This document shows positions 10,802 through 23,053 of a DNA stretch of 64,000 nt, in pieces. Position 1 is the first letter of the stretch. Each line of letters starts with the position of its first letter. The notes below the pieces were generated by a model that saw only the letters and a list, made by a program, of their open reading frames with translations, made no database searches and had not been told where the DNA came from. The stretch is from Trypanosoma brucei. Lineage: Eukaryota. The stretch lies in NCBI GenBank assembly GCA_000002445.1, contig CP000070.1, positions 1,856,001 through 1,920,000 of the forward strand, given 5' to 3'. Both the position numbers and the translations under genes were made by a program.

Positions 10802-11620
10802 AAAGGGAAAGGGTGGAAGTCGCGCGGTAAGCGTACTTCAACCTCTCCCCTTCCCTCCTTCCACCCTATGGGCCTTAGATTTTTTCGTGTGTGTGGCTTT
10901 ACTTTCGTCTGTGGAGAGAGGATCTATGCGGCTGCAACTCCCCCTTCAAAGGAGGGTGGGAAACAGGAGCAGAAAAACCCACCCGCACGCACGCACGCAC
11001 AACTGTCGTTGTCCCCTGGCTGCGGACTACCGCTGGGCTCCTGCGGTAGTCCAGCAACAGTGAAAAAGTGGGGAGACATATGTATGCTAGCAAAGTGAAA
11101 TACCAGTTTGAGGAACGACGGCCAGACACAATAATGATGGTAACTGAGAAGGACAAAGACATAGGATATGGGCACAGCACGAGCTGCTGTTCCGAACATA
11201 CAACGGCGCAAAGCGATGGCCCCCACAGCGAGGTTTACTCTTATAGGCCTCTTCCCCTCCTCGGCTCAGAGAGTCAGCGTATTACCACATACAGAGTTAC
11301 ACCGAGTGAAATGGGTGAAACCTGAATTACACATTAGGCAATCACAGCATCACCAATCATCCCCAACTCCGGGCACCGCGAGCGCCGACAGCCACGCAAG
11401 TGGAAGTTACAGCGATCTCGAATGGCATACATACACACTACCTCAGTCAGCCTCATTGCAACCCCCCCCCCCAATGGACAGTTATTAGGTGCCTAACTCA
11501 CTTCCTCTGATGTTATCGAATGTCTTCCAGCTCCACCCGTACCGGAATCCCTTCGAACATTCGTCCAAGAGTACACAGGTGCAAAGGATCCAATGCGGGC
11601 ACACCGTAGGAACTACACCT

Positions 11621-14600
11621 TCACTCTGCAAATATGGCTCTGCTAAGCAGCTGCTTTTCGCGGGATAACGCCCCCAAAGTATTCTGTTCCAACGCCAGCG
11701 CCTCGCGCTGTAGCGCATCCAGCGCTTTGCTTACCTTTGTTTCCTGCTGACCCAGCTCCTCCCACACGTTCCGTAGTGCGCGCCCCTCAATGCTGCTGTT
11801 GCACAGAATTTCACTATCCCTGTTAACACTCTGACAGGTGTCCCCATTGCATACCGAAACCGCACAACTTGACAAGGACTGTACACATGAGTCCCGCACA
11901 GCTTCCTTAGCCACATAAAGAGCCCTTAGCGCGCCGTCCCTCGCCGCCGTAACCGCTTCGCGGAAGGCGCGCAAGTCAGCGCAAATGTCACCACTTTCGT
12001 TGCTTGTGATGCTCAACTCCCCCCATCGGCACAGGTGTGTCCGCGTTCCAATGTTGACCCCCTCCGGCCACTTCGAACTAGCGCATGATTCTCTTAGTTG
12101 TGTTGGGGTCACTTTTTTCTCCCTCACCACGTCTGCAGAACTGGGGGCAACCTTTGTGGCTCGCGCGAGAACGTCGAGTAGGTGCGCAGAGGCGGAGGAG
12201 TCATCACTTGCAGCAGTAGAATGTCCCTCCTGCGACGCCCAGCGGACCATTCCAGCTCCATTAGTGGTAATAATTTCGTTATAACACTTGGGGTTGACGG
12301 TGACTGTATCCCCTGCAGAAGTGCACGTACCGGCAAGGAGCGACCCCGCCGTGGGATCCCCACGTCCCGCAGCCCGATGTTGTGGTTCTTTGGTCTCCGC
12401 CGCCAAGTCACTCAATGTAATTTCTCCTCTGTGCTCTAATGTTTGCACACCGACAGACTGTTTCTCAACACTCCGCGTGGCAACTACAGGGTCTGCGTTT
12501 GTCCCAGATGCCCTAACAATGTGTCGCGGGGTGCCAGCAAGGGCACTACCACTAGCAGGGGCACTTCCAGCAGGCGGAGTAGCCGTAGTGTCGTTTTGTC
12601 CCCGCAGCAAATTCAACTGTGTACGGAGCTCGTTGTTCTCGCGCTCCAGTCTCTGTAACCGCTGTTCAAGAAAACTATTCCTTTCTGCAGCAGCGAGCAG
12701 TTTCTCTTGTTGATGCTCATGTTGCCTCACTTCGCTAAGCATTAAACCGCCGGAGTGAAACAGCGCACTGAGATTGGATATCGCACGCCGCTGTTGACGC
12801 AGTTGCTCCCTGTAGTGCTGTGAAACTTCCTGCAGTTGTGCTAGGGGATGTTCCAATAAACGCTGGAGAACGTGCGCAACACCCTCCAACTCGTGCTGGG
12901 AAACAAATGATGGATCCCCACTCACAGGCACGCGTGAAATGTCTGGGCAGTCCGTTGCATACGTAGAGGACACCAGCATGGGGTTCGGATGTTCTGTTCC
13001 CTTGCTCGATGGCGTTGACGCGCACACAGCGTCAGGATGAGACACTGTAACTGGAGAGTGCCCTTTCAACCCATGTGGTGAGCCAACCGGATGCGCGAGG
13101 TCTTCTGCCTGTCCTTGCGGCCGCTGCGACCGAGAATTGGGAGTAGATTGCACGTCGACAACGTTAGCCTGAAGGAAGGCGCCACAGTTAGCGCGAGGCA
13201 AAGAAGGCAAATGTTGCCTAGGTGCGGTTGCGATACGATCAGCACATGATGAACCCGCAGGGGCCTCAGATGCCAAGACAGGGGATATTAGACGAGACCT
13301 AAGCCTAGACGAGGCAGGGTCACCGCATCGTGAAATATCGTTAGGAGTCGTTACCTTCGGGCTGCAACAGTCAACGTTGTAGTTGCTAAGCCCGCGAACA
13401 ACACTAAACTGCAGAACGCCACGTTGCTTGAAAGGAACAGCGAATATGTTAATTACCCGCTCGGCAGCACGTAGGTTCTCTTGTCGTCGCTGGCGACGCA
13501 ACTCCTCGACAAGATCGGCGTTCTCGGCATCACCACATTCTGAAACTGCAGCCGCAGCCCTCAAAACTTCCTTATTGATGACGTCGAAGGATGTGCCACG
13601 CCTCAGCGCGCCCATCCACAGAACAGAAGAGCAAGAGTGCTGCACACATGCTTCGATCATCGCCGATACACTGTCTAACCCAGAAAATAACAGGTTTTGG
13701 TTATTTTGACCTCTACATTGAAATAGGCTCTGCTGTGCGGTAGATGTGAGTGGCACGACATCAGATATGTGCCGCGGCAGCGTCCGTACCGTCTCTGCTT
13801 CATCCGCCATGCTTTCCGCAATGATTGACATTAAACCAGTATGTAAACCACCACTCCATATCATAAGCTGTGCCGTCCGGAGAAGCGACATGTGAACAGA
13901 GCGCGCCAGACAAAAGTGAGTGCTATTGCGGTCGTACGAGAACGGCGGGGGCCCGCAGAGATCCCATAACCTCCATATGCTAACGGCATCACATCCGCTA
14001 GCGCCGCGACTACGGATAAGAAGCGTCACGAGTACGTGCGAATTTGAGCCAACCACTGGGCTCAGCACTGCGTCGGGAGACCCTAAGTCGAAATCCCCGA
14101 TGACGCAGCCCTGAGACCTGAGCGTTGTCTCTGATGGCTGTTCTGGGCTTCTGTCCACGGGCCTCCACGCAAGCGAAGAGCTAAATGCCTCATGTAAGGT
14201 CACTTGAACCTCGTGCACACTGCTGCACAGCACGTAGCGCGCCGCGGGGATGTCAGCGTAGTCCTCCATGAAGCACCTGGTGGGTGAAGAAGCATCAGGA
14301 GCACGGGCTAGCAAATCTACGGCCTCCGACTGCGGCAGCACATCGTCACCCCGTGACGAACCACAGCAACCAGTGGAATTAGGTACTGGTCCCCGCTTCA
14401 TATTCCCGTGGTTGGGACGTCCCAACGGCTCAGCAGTCGCGGTACCGGACGTTGGGGCCACCAAACGCCACTCCACAACGCTGACAGCTGCAACTGGTGA
14501 GTGATACTCTGCAGGGTCATGTGGAACAGCAAACAATTGCTGCAGCACTAAAGGGAATAGCCCAACAGCACTAGTCGAAACATTTGGTCTTGAGGAAAGG

Positions 14601-15331
14601 GAAGAGCCGAAGAGCTGCGTTGTCTTCCCACTTCCTGACGGACCGTGAGCGAGGGTGAGCAGTTCAACTCCGTTACAGTCCAGCAGGGTGCTTGCTACAC
14701 AATTTGCTAAAGCCTCAACATACGCGGTGTAAGAAAGTGTACATCCTTCGCCGTCCCCCGCGGTGACGAATGAAGTACGCACACCTAACACCGTCGGAGG
14801 TTTGCACTTTTGATTCCCCCTTTGTTGGGGTATATCACTACAACATACACTCGCCCACGCATCTTGCAGTGGCATCCCTAAACCCCCCGGAATGCCCCTC
14901 TCCCCGTCACGGTGGAGCACGTGCACACCGCCAGCCTCACTCTTTTCTTGCGTTTGGTTGCTTCCCTGAGAAAGGCTCAAAGCAACTGTCACGCGATGGT
15001 TGCTTCGGCCTCCGGACTGGTACATTGTCCACCCGCCAACGGGCGCAGCGAGGTGCAGAGAAGACAGGGAAAGTCTGGGGCCTAAGTGAAAAACGAGACA
15101 CACAGGAAAGGAAGCACACAATAGAGAGTGGAGAAAAAACAAAGGAAATAAACACCGCACATACAAGCGGACGGCAGAGCCGGTTGAAAACACAGAACAG
15201 AGAGACACGCATGCCGCAACCCACAGCAGGCCCTCTCTTGTTTGGTTTCCAGTAGTGCGATTACTCAAACTCAAGTGCTTCCAATCAGTACAAAGCAACA
15301 GCAACAATACAGCGATACCATCACAGAGCAT
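11621..15331 (-). CDS. Divergent kinesin-like motor protein (putative)
   Basis: A 1236 aa ORF. YTAYVEALANCVASTLLDCNGVELLTLAHGPSGSGKTTQLFG resembles the kinesin N1/P-loop block (xYGQTGSGKTxTM). SNSHVLVTLLI resembles switch I SSRSHxxF. IWRLWDLCGPP resembles switch II VDLAGSE. Long insertions separate the motifs, and a coiled-coil region (LEQRLQRLERENNELRTQLNLLRGQ) lies further downstream. Confidence 0.45.
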   Translation of the reverse strand: MLCDGIAVLLLLLCTDWKHLSLSNRTTGNQTREGLLWVAACVSLCSVFSTGSAVRLYVRCLFPLFFLHSLLCASFPVCLVFHLGPRLSLSSLHLAAPVGGWTMYQSGGRSNHRVTVALSLSQGSNQTQEKSEAGGVHVLHRDGERGIPGGLGMPLQDAWASVCCSDIPQQRGNQKCKPPTVLGVRTSFVTAGDGEGCTLSYTAYVEALANCVASTLLDCNGVELLTLAHGPSGSGKTTQLFGSSLSSRPNVSTSAVGLFPLVLQQLFAVPHDPAEYHSPVAAVSVVEWRLVAPTSGTATAEPLGRPNHGNMKRGPVPNSTGCCGSSRGDDVLPQSEAVDLLARAPDASSPTRCFMEDYADIPAARYVLCSSVHEVQVTLHEAFSSSLAWRPVDRSPEQPSETTLRSQGCVIGDFDLGSPDAVLSPVVGSNSHVLVTLLIRSRGASGCDAVSIWRLWDLCGPPPFSYDRNSTHFCLARSVHMSLLRTAQLMIWSGGLHTGLMSIIAESMADEAETVRTLPRHISDVVPLTSTAQQSLFQCRGQNNQNLLFSGLDSVSAMIEACVQHSCSSVLWMGALRRGTSFDVINKEVLRAAAAVSECGDAENADLVEELRRQRRQENLRAAERVINIFAVPFKQRGVLQFSVVRGLSNYNVDCCSPKVTTPNDISRCGDPASSRLRSRLISPVLASEAPAGSSCADRIATAPRQHLPSLPRANCGAFLQANVVDVQSTPNSRSQRPQGQAEDLAHPVGSPHGLKGHSPVTVSHPDAVCASTPSSKGTEHPNPMLVSSTYATDCPDISRVPVSGDPSFVSQHELEGVAHVLQRLLEHPLAQLQEVSQHYREQLRQQRRAISNLSALFHSGGLMLSEVRQHEHQQEKLLAAAERNSFLEQRLQRLERENNELRTQLNLLRGQNDTTATPPAGSAPASGSALAGTPRHIVRASGTNADPVVATRSVEKQSVGVQTLEHRGEITLSDLAAETKEPQHRAAGRGDPTAGSLLAGTCTSAGDTVTVNPKCYNEIITTNGAGMVRWASQEGHSTAASDDSSASAHLLDVLARATKVAPSSADVVREKKVTPTQLRESCASSKWPEGVNIGTRTHLCRWGELSITSNESGDICADLRAFREAVTAARDGALRALYVAKEAVRDSCVQSLSSCAVSVCNGDTCQSVNRDSEILCNSSIEGRALRNVWEELGQQETKVSKALDALQREALALEQNTLGALSREKQLLSRAIFAE

Positions 15332-17148
15332 TCTTCACGTAACTGTACGTCCATGCGCGACACGGCGCGAGGCAAAGCATCAACTCGGTTTCCCCAAACA
15401 CCAGGCTCGCGCTGTAGGCTAACACAATGACGACAGGGAGTGGAATACCGGCCGTCGCGGTAACGACGACCACTCCCCACAACCGAAGTGGCGGCACCAA
15501 CGTTGTAACATTCTGACTGCAGCTGATATGTCTCCATCACAACGCATTGGAAAATCTCTCGAGTGCTCAACACGAGGTACCTAGCACTTACTGTGAGCAA
15601 ACTGCAGCGACTTATTTTATCGATGAGGGTTACCGGTTTCCCCTGGATTGACATTTTCTCTCCTCTGTTCCACGCACACACAGCATCATGTGTCCAGTAA
15701 AAGGATCGAAACCCACACCTCTAACGAAAATGCTGCTGCCGCCCCCAGCCCCCCCTTGCAGAATGGTCCCGAACGAAGCCGATGTTCAGCCGGTTTGGCT
15801 ATGCACGGATGCCAGTGAAGCTGCTGAGCTGCCGCACCTCACGGTCGCTGTCGGCATCAGAGCCGTGCAGGATCACTGCGCTAAACCCAAAAGTGCGATT
15901 GGCGACGGTTTTTTTGGACCCATAGGATTCGTAGTGAGTAAGCAAACAGGTCTCAACGGACATTTACGAATTATCAATCCGCAAAGGCCCCATGCCACAC
16001 GTAACACATACACACACAAACAAGCACGGGAAAAAATTACTTGACCGACTAACCTGCTCCGAGCGCAAGCCGGTTAATGCGGCGCGCATCCTAGCACAGC
16101 GAAACTGCTCGCATGAGAGGCAAAATAGTTGTAACCCTCCACCGCGTCACGTGGAGTTGTTCCTTTTCGTGTCATTCCTTCATATTACTCATTTTTGGCG
16201 GCCTGGCGCTCTTGGTCGCTGGTACCGCAGCCCCGACATGGATTTCTTTTTACCATAAGTGTAGTGCAGTACCAAAGTAAAAAAGTGAAAATAGGGAAAG
16301 TTTTCTCAGTACACCTAAATACACAAAGAAATGTACGTCATCCTAACCTATCGGCAACAGGTATGTTCGCTATACAAGTGCGCGATTGCGTTTGTGCGCA
16401 CATATAAATACAAGTGAAGTTACCACTGACAGCGCGGAGCAGTGCAGGTAAATCCCTCGATGTATATGTACTTGAACGAAAAAACTATATCCCCCATTTC
16501 TGATAGCCCGTAGTGCAGTAACTTACTGCGATGGTCTTTTCCCCTCAGCCCCATTAATACCTTCCTCCCTTCTTTTTACCCCTGTCATCACCATCCTTCA
16601 TTGTCACACACACACCGTGTTCAACCCAAGGGGTTATTGAAATTAATAAGCAACGTAAGTGTGCGCACTGCAAATGCTAAAAACAAACGGCTCGCACAAT
16701 TTACGTACAGTATGTCTCGAGCTCCCTTTCGCTACTCCGTACCCTTCCCCCACACATTCCCAAAAGAAAACAAAAATACACACACCATACATGTGTTCCT
16801 TCACCACCCTTCTTTTTCCTATGGTACCGTGCTTTTATCCGGGTCTTCGTTTACTCCACCTCCCCCCCCCTCCTCCCCTTGATCTCCTAAAAAGCAGAAG
16901 AAAGAAAAAAAAGAAACGAGTGCGGGTGCCACCACCATATCACAATCACCTTCACTATGCTCATTTATGAGTAAGCATCCCTTATTCTCATCGTCGTCAC
17001 GCAGAAGGTGGCGTCCTCTAATTAGCTTCGTCTATTTCTCGCCATCGTCTTCGTTTTCACCTTCCCTTCACCCTCCTCGTTCATTCGCACACGAGCACAC
17101 AACGCCCCCTTGCCACGCTCGTATTGTAAGAATCCCCTCTCAGAGCTT

Positions 17149-17442
17149 CTACTGAGGTGGCTTCCACGGGTTGGCCGTGTTGGCTGTCTTTTCAACGAGC
17201 AGCTCCACGTACTTTTTCATTGCATCCTCCTTTGACATATCGCTGATGGCCTTACGGGCATCCCATTTGGACCGCTTCTCCAACTGTACAGCCCATGGCT
17301 GAGGATCCGTCACGGGGCCCTCCGTCGCTTGCTTAAACAGCGCGTAGAATTGTAACTTTTCCGCATCTGTCAGCTGAACCGGGCCGTCCTTTGGGAGCGA
17401 GCGAACGAACTCTGTGGCAGCTTCAAACTGGGCAGAACTCAT
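17149..17442 (-). CDS. ACBP: Acyl-CoA-binding protein (ACBP/diazepam-binding-inhibitor family)
   Basis: A 97 aa ORF. MSSAQFEAATEFVRSLP...LTDAEKLQFYALFKQATEGPV...QLEKRSKWDARKAISDMSKEDAMKKYVELLVEK follows the ACBP four-helix consensus (FxxAxxxV...Y..YKQAT.GD....P........KW.AW.....S.E.A...Y...V). Confidence 0.85.
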   Translation of the reverse strand: MSSAQFEAATEFVRSLPKDGPVQLTDAEKLQFYALFKQATEGPVTDPQPWAVQLEKRSKWDARKAISDMSKEDAMKKYVELLVEKTANTANPWKPPQ

Positions 17443-17559
17443 ATGTACCGGAACGATGTTGTGAATTACCGTTTACAACGTAAATAAACAAATGTATAAG
17501 CTGAATTGTGCTTTCGGCCACTACTCGTCAAACGGTATCGGTATTACCTTCCGGAGTGC

Positions 17560-19367
17560 GATATATATCCTTATTTATTTTTTTTTTGCTCCTTTGTCGT
17601 TTGGACAGTTTATTTTTTAAAAAAACGAATGTCAAAAAGGAATGTACGAGCGATACAGCACCAGTATGATGCAATGAGAATGAAATGCATATATATATAT
17701 ATATATATGCGTGACAGCAATTTCAATGACAAGTGAAACGGTGGATCAATAAAATCGGATTCAAACTCCTGAAGAAGGGAGTTGAAGGAGTTTGGCGCAA
17801 CGCCCATCAGGAATACACGAAGCGAGTGAAGGAGCAAACAAAGAAAAAAACAGGAGCGAGTTTGTGGGAAATTTTGAAAACACAAGAGAATCAGCAAAAT
17901 GGAGTGGTGCTACACAAATGAATCGGGACCAAGAGAAATGTGAGAAAAAAAAGCAAATAACAGAACAAAAATTCAAGGAAAAGCAGCTCCCAGTTGTTTT
18001 TGTTTCGGTTATTTGTCGTTGTTTTATTTCATTACGCACCTCGCCTACTCTTCTCCCCCATACCCTCCCCTTTTTTTCTTTCTCCCCCTTTTGGTTCCCA
18101 GCCACTTTTTCACAAATTAATTTATAGGCTATTTAATTTAAACATAATTTGATTCTGAAAGTGGACAACAAAAAAAATTAAACAAACAAACAAGCAAATA
18201 GATCAATCAACAAATAACTTAATGAAACAATGGAGCAAAGCAAATAACAAAAGCGGCGGGAAATTAAAGTTACCCCATGGTGGTAGCGAGCACATGCGTG
18301 ATATATACATATATATATATATACCTATTCATTTGCTTACATTATTCACATATTACTTCATTTAAACATAGAAAAATAAATGAAGTTATGTATACACACA
18401 TTTTTAAAGGCAAAAATAAATAAAACGGGGATGGGGATAGGGGATCAAGGAGTTGTGGGGTCGGCTTTATGAATCACACTCAAGAAGGCACACACAAATA
18501 ATAATATGGAACAAGAGAGAAAAGGAACATAGCAGGAGAGGGGGAAGTAAATATAAAGCAAAATAAATGAATGGTTTTTTATTATTTTCCTATTTTCAAC
18601 GGAACCTAACATCACCACATACGCACACGCTCCACGCTTTTGCTCTGAGTTAAAAAAGACGCAAACGCATGTCCTCTTCTCGTCTTCCTCACAATTACAC
18701 ACTTATGTCACATTTCAAACTTTATCCATTCGAGAATTTGTCATGTTCCCCTTTTATGATATAAACTGATCCGCTACCCGCTTCCTTCACAATTAAATAA
18801 ATATATATATATGTGTGTGTGTATGTGTATGTGTACGCGTATGTATCCTTCCCCTTATTGTCGTCGCCATCATATTTTCTCTACTTTGTCTTGTTTCCTA
18901 CGTTTCCTCCTCCCTAATCATCATCATCATGACGATGAACGAGAGGAGAATTCATCTACACTTATATCACACAGACACACACACACACACATACACACAG
19001 AGGCACACGAACAAATATATGTGTACCTGAATGTACATAAATACAAATATGTGAACACGCAACGTTACGAGCATATGAGTGTATAAGTAAGGCACAAGCT
19101 CACCAATTCACCACACATTTTCCCACCATCAGTTACAGTTTCCTCACACATATCCTTCTTTAATCTAGTTTCGCCTCTCCAGCTTCCTTTCCTCTCTGAT
19201 TATCCCTCCCTCTCTTTTCTTCTCAGCCCCCTCCAACTACTGCCCCTCAATACGCGCACACACATATATACAGATAAACATGTAAATATGTACATCAAAA
19301 AATTAGAACACATTATATAAATGTATATATATATAGAGAGAGAGATAGATAGAGATGCATATATATG

Positions 19368-19399
<32 letters not shown>

Positions 19400-20650
19400 C
19401 ATTTCGTTTACACGTCTACTGGCGCGGGTGAGCGCCGGTTATCGCTTCATTCGGACTCGCACACCCCAGAAAAGAAAAGAAACATGAACGGTGCCTTCCC
19501 TCCCTATTTTCCAACCAAAATCCTCAACAATATTATCATTATCATTTCTCGTTTGTTTACACTTCCCATTATCTGTTGGTATCACCCTTTACACTATTGC
19601 TTTACCAGTATTCCCTCACCTTCACCCTTCACAGACATATAATACGCATATCTTTCCGAAAAGGAAGAGCTTGCCCCCGCTCGTTCACCGACCAAGTGCG
19701 GCTTTTCTTTCACTTTCGTCCATTTTTTTTTTGATAGTTATTTTGGTTCGGCTCCGTTTACAAAAAAAGTTGGAAAAAGAGAGAGACAGAAGGTAGGAAG
19801 TGACCCCCTCTTCTCTTCCCTTGAGTGACTGGTTGGGTTATGAAGACAGTACACTGGAGGCGAATAAATAGATAAACGAAAGTTCCCATCAAAAAAAAAA
19901 AGTGTCAAATTCGATCCCACATGCGGACAGAGAGGATAGAGAGAGTGGCACAGGTTTTTTAAAAAATAGTAACAATAATGGTAATTGTGATGGTAATGAT
20001 GATGGTAATGGTAATGATAACAATAATAACCACAAACGAGGCAAATGGGCGTGATATAACAATGAAAGGGATAACAAAAATAAACTGAAAGTAAAACAGG
20101 TGAACAGGGGAGGACATAAATGGGTGGAGGTCAAAACGTTAATGAACCACACCGAAAAAATGTAAAAAAAATCCTTGAGAGAACCGATCACACAAATGTG
20201 ACACAGCACAAAGTTACTCTTCCCCTTTAGCCACGCGCTCCGCTGGGGACATGCCGCTGTATTTTGTTTAGTTTTGGCTCCTCGTTGCTTGTTTTCTTTT
20301 TTTCCTGTCTTTTTCCCCTCCCACATGCACCGCCGAAACTGACTACCAACCCAAAGGGAGAAGAGAGTTGAATATAAAAGAAATACTTCCCCTGTTCGAA
20401 GCAGGGAAAATGGTAAATCGTCATCATTATCTTCTATTTTCATTTAGTACCCACATCCCCCCTTTTTCTATCTTCTCGCTCATCATTTCGCTTCCTTCCT
20501 ACTTATACCCTCGTCGCTGCTCTACACTGCGTTGCGCCACTTCCAGTGAGCATGACATCAAAACACACAACATAGCCAAATCCTCGTACCACCATGCCAT
20601 CAGCTCTCTATATGTATAGATGTGCGTGTATGCGATGCAAACACATTCTG
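17560..20650. repeat. About 3 kb ORF-free AT-rich low-complexity intergenic tract with multiple microsatellites
   Basis: Visible (TA)n runs at about 17690, 18300 and 19320-19390. (TG/CA)n runs at 18811-18840 and 18970-19000. Poly-A and poly-T runs and purine-rich stretches (the polypyrimidine tract on the transcribed minus strand) lie upstream of ACBP. No ORF exceeds about 180 aa and all ORFs here are low-complexity. Confidence 0.5.
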
Positions 20651-20708
20651 CCTACTGCAGGCGAATACCGCCATCCAAAAACTCCTCTCAAACATTTCCA
20701 CTTTGCTG

Positions 20709-22331
20709 TTATTGGGGTTGTAAAACATTACCACCTTCGCGGCGTGTAAGAAACAGGTACTGCTTCGCCAACCGCGCCACCACAGGCACCACACGAGCAA
20801 ACTCCTTCTCCGTCCACGCCAGTATCCGCGTGAGCAGTGACGATACCTCCTGTTCATAGTGCGAGACGACGGCCTCTTCGGGGAGCAGTAGCGCTCGCGA
20901 CTCCGCCCAAACCCTGTCGCTGCGAGCACGACACAGAATACAGACCTCATCCATAAACGACATGCAAACCTCCGCGGTGAAGTGCTTTAAAAAGGCCCGA
21001 AAATGCTTTGGAGGCGGCGACACAAACCCCGGTGACTCGCCTGCACATGAAACGTTGTGACGCCTGATGGTCCGCACTGTGCCACTAGGCTTCCTTCGAC
21101 GTCGGGATGGCGCTTCAGTTGGCCGGGCCGTCTCCTGTTGCTGCTGCGGTCCCTTGGCAATCAAAGACGCAGCACCGTTGCTAAGAGTGCCAGCAGAGCC
21201 GCAGCCGTACGTCCGACGGAGAAAATTTAACACTTCCTTTGCGTCACCTGCAGTAAAAACTGACAAAATGCGTTCCGTCTCGGACGCCGGGCACGTCATC
21301 AGCGATGCCAAATAGTGATCAGCAAGCGCGGCCTCCAAAACCTGCGGCAGTGCGGGATGCTCCGTCAGAAGTTGCGGGACGGTCGCCACGTCGGCATTCG
21401 CGCGCTGGAAAGCGTCAGCCGCGTGCAACTGGGCCCGGGGCCGCATCTGCCGCTCGTGTTGCCAAAAATAATCACTTGGGGGGAGCGCACGACCGCGACG
21501 CAACATCACCTTCGAGCCGCCAGCTGGGGCCCCACGGTCAACCCTCTCGCCGTCACGCCGGATCGTATCGGACTGCAATACAACCAGTTTGGAGTCCCCA
21601 TCGGCGTTGAGGGTGGCTATACGGCCGGCAACAGTGGACTTGCCGCTATCCTCATCGTTCCCAGAGCCCCACGCAGGGCCACCAAATCGTTTCTCCGGCA
21701 AACCGGAGCGTGAATAATCTCCTGATGGGGGTGCAGAGGTATGACGGACTTTGCTTTTGGATGATCTGGAATGTGCCGCCCGCCTCACCTGGTTGGCCCT
21801 CGGAAACTTGTTGCGAGACATTTCAAGCAACAACCCTGACCTCTCATGCATACTCCTGAGTGCCTCACTGGCCCTCATACCGTTGTAAGCATGGTTGCCG
21901 CTACCACCGTGAGTTGTTAAGTCAGCCGGGACCTGGCCTACCTGTGCTTCAACCTTCATATGTGTCTTGGAGACGGTGGCGGCCTCGACAGAGTTGGTGG
22001 CGGCAGCGGAGGGCACGGCACGTCTCACTGAAACACCCTTAGAGCACCTAGTTAATGTCAACCTCTGCGGGGGTGAAAGACTGGAATCCGTTAGATGATT
22101 AAGTTGCTGTGGCGGCTTCCCGTCCAATTTTGTGCGTCTCCACCCCGTTGCGGAGAAGTAATCTTGGTGCGACGGTGGGTGATCTCGAGAATTGCGTGAG
22201 ACAACACTACTCTCCGTCAAAGCGTTCTGCACCTTGTCGGGTGTTGTTTCGTCACAAGAAGGCTGTATTGACGCTCCGTTGCGACCAGCATGGTACTTTA
22301 TTTCCGAACATTCCACCAGCATGATGCACAA
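20709..22331 (-). CDS. Hypothetical protein
   Basis: A 540 aa ORF with coding-like GC-rich composition and no recognisable domain. Confidence 0.45.
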   Translation of the reverse strand: MCIMLVECSEIKYHAGRNGASIQPSCDETTPDKVQNALTESSVVSRNSRDHPPSHQDYFSATGWRRTKLDGKPPQQLNHLTDSSLSPPQRLTLTRCSKGVSVRRAVPSAAATNSVEAATVSKTHMKVEAQVGQVPADLTTHGGSGNHAYNGMRASEALRSMHERSGLLLEMSRNKFPRANQVRRAAHSRSSKSKVRHTSAPPSGDYSRSGLPEKRFGGPAWGSGNDEDSGKSTVAGRIATLNADGDSKLVVLQSDTIRRDGERVDRGAPAGGSKVMLRRGRALPPSDYFWQHERQMRPRAQLHAADAFQRANADVATVPQLLTEHPALPQVLEAALADHYLASLMTCPASETERILSVFTAGDAKEVLNFLRRTYGCGSAGTLSNGAASLIAKGPQQQQETARPTEAPSRRRRKPSGTVRTIRRHNVSCAGESPGFVSPPPKHFRAFLKHFTAEVCMSFMDEVCILCRARSDRVWAESRALLLPEEAVVSHYEQEVSSLLTRILAWTEKEFARVVPVVARLAKQYLFLTRREGGNVLQPQ

Positions 22332-23053
22332 ACCCTCTCCTTGCCTTGTTGCCCCTGCTCGTGTTAACTCCCCCTTAGCTCCTCCACTGAAGTCACAGTG
22401 GTAACCACCTTACGGTAACAACACCAAAACGCTTTTTTTTTTCTTTCGTATTGGTTGAAAAGTTTTTTTTAATTGCCTTTTTCCTCCGGCACTATATATG
22501 TATGTGTGTGAGAGGATGTGCTTACTGAAATTTCACTTTGGGCACATAGAAAGAGAAGGGAAAAACAAGAAATGACAAAACGTCTAAAAAATACGCGATC
22601 CACAAAATGCCTGTTGAGATGCCTCCTAACGCCGCTACGAAAAGTAAAGAACGGGGCGATACATCCTCAAGAAATGATGATTTTCGATAAGTCCCTCCAG
22701 TAGAAACAATAATGTGCCATCACATCACCACACCTGAGTCCCCTGTCGGACTCTCTTTTTCTCTTCACTCTGCTGTGACAACAGCCAAGATGAAACTGAC
22801 ACACATCATTCCACAAAAAAAAAATGGAGGTGTTTCAGTATTCAACTACATGCGGTGCGAGTACTGGGCGGACCGAAATGCGGCTCCTCCTTCAGGCATA
22901 AATTGCCGTAAGCTACAGACGCATTCTCTTGGGCCTGGGCGCGGGGAACAAACCTACATCATAACGCCAAAGAAATAAAAGTCTCGAATGCAGTTCAGCG
23001 CACGCGCCACGGACACGGACGCGGACACGTCGGGAGAGTGTAGATTTTCATCT

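Noticed and set aside
18900-19000. Possible telomeric or subtelomeric repeats
   Set aside because: Only a single CCCTAA hexamer occurs (about 18912). There is no tandem TTAGGG/CCCTAA array.
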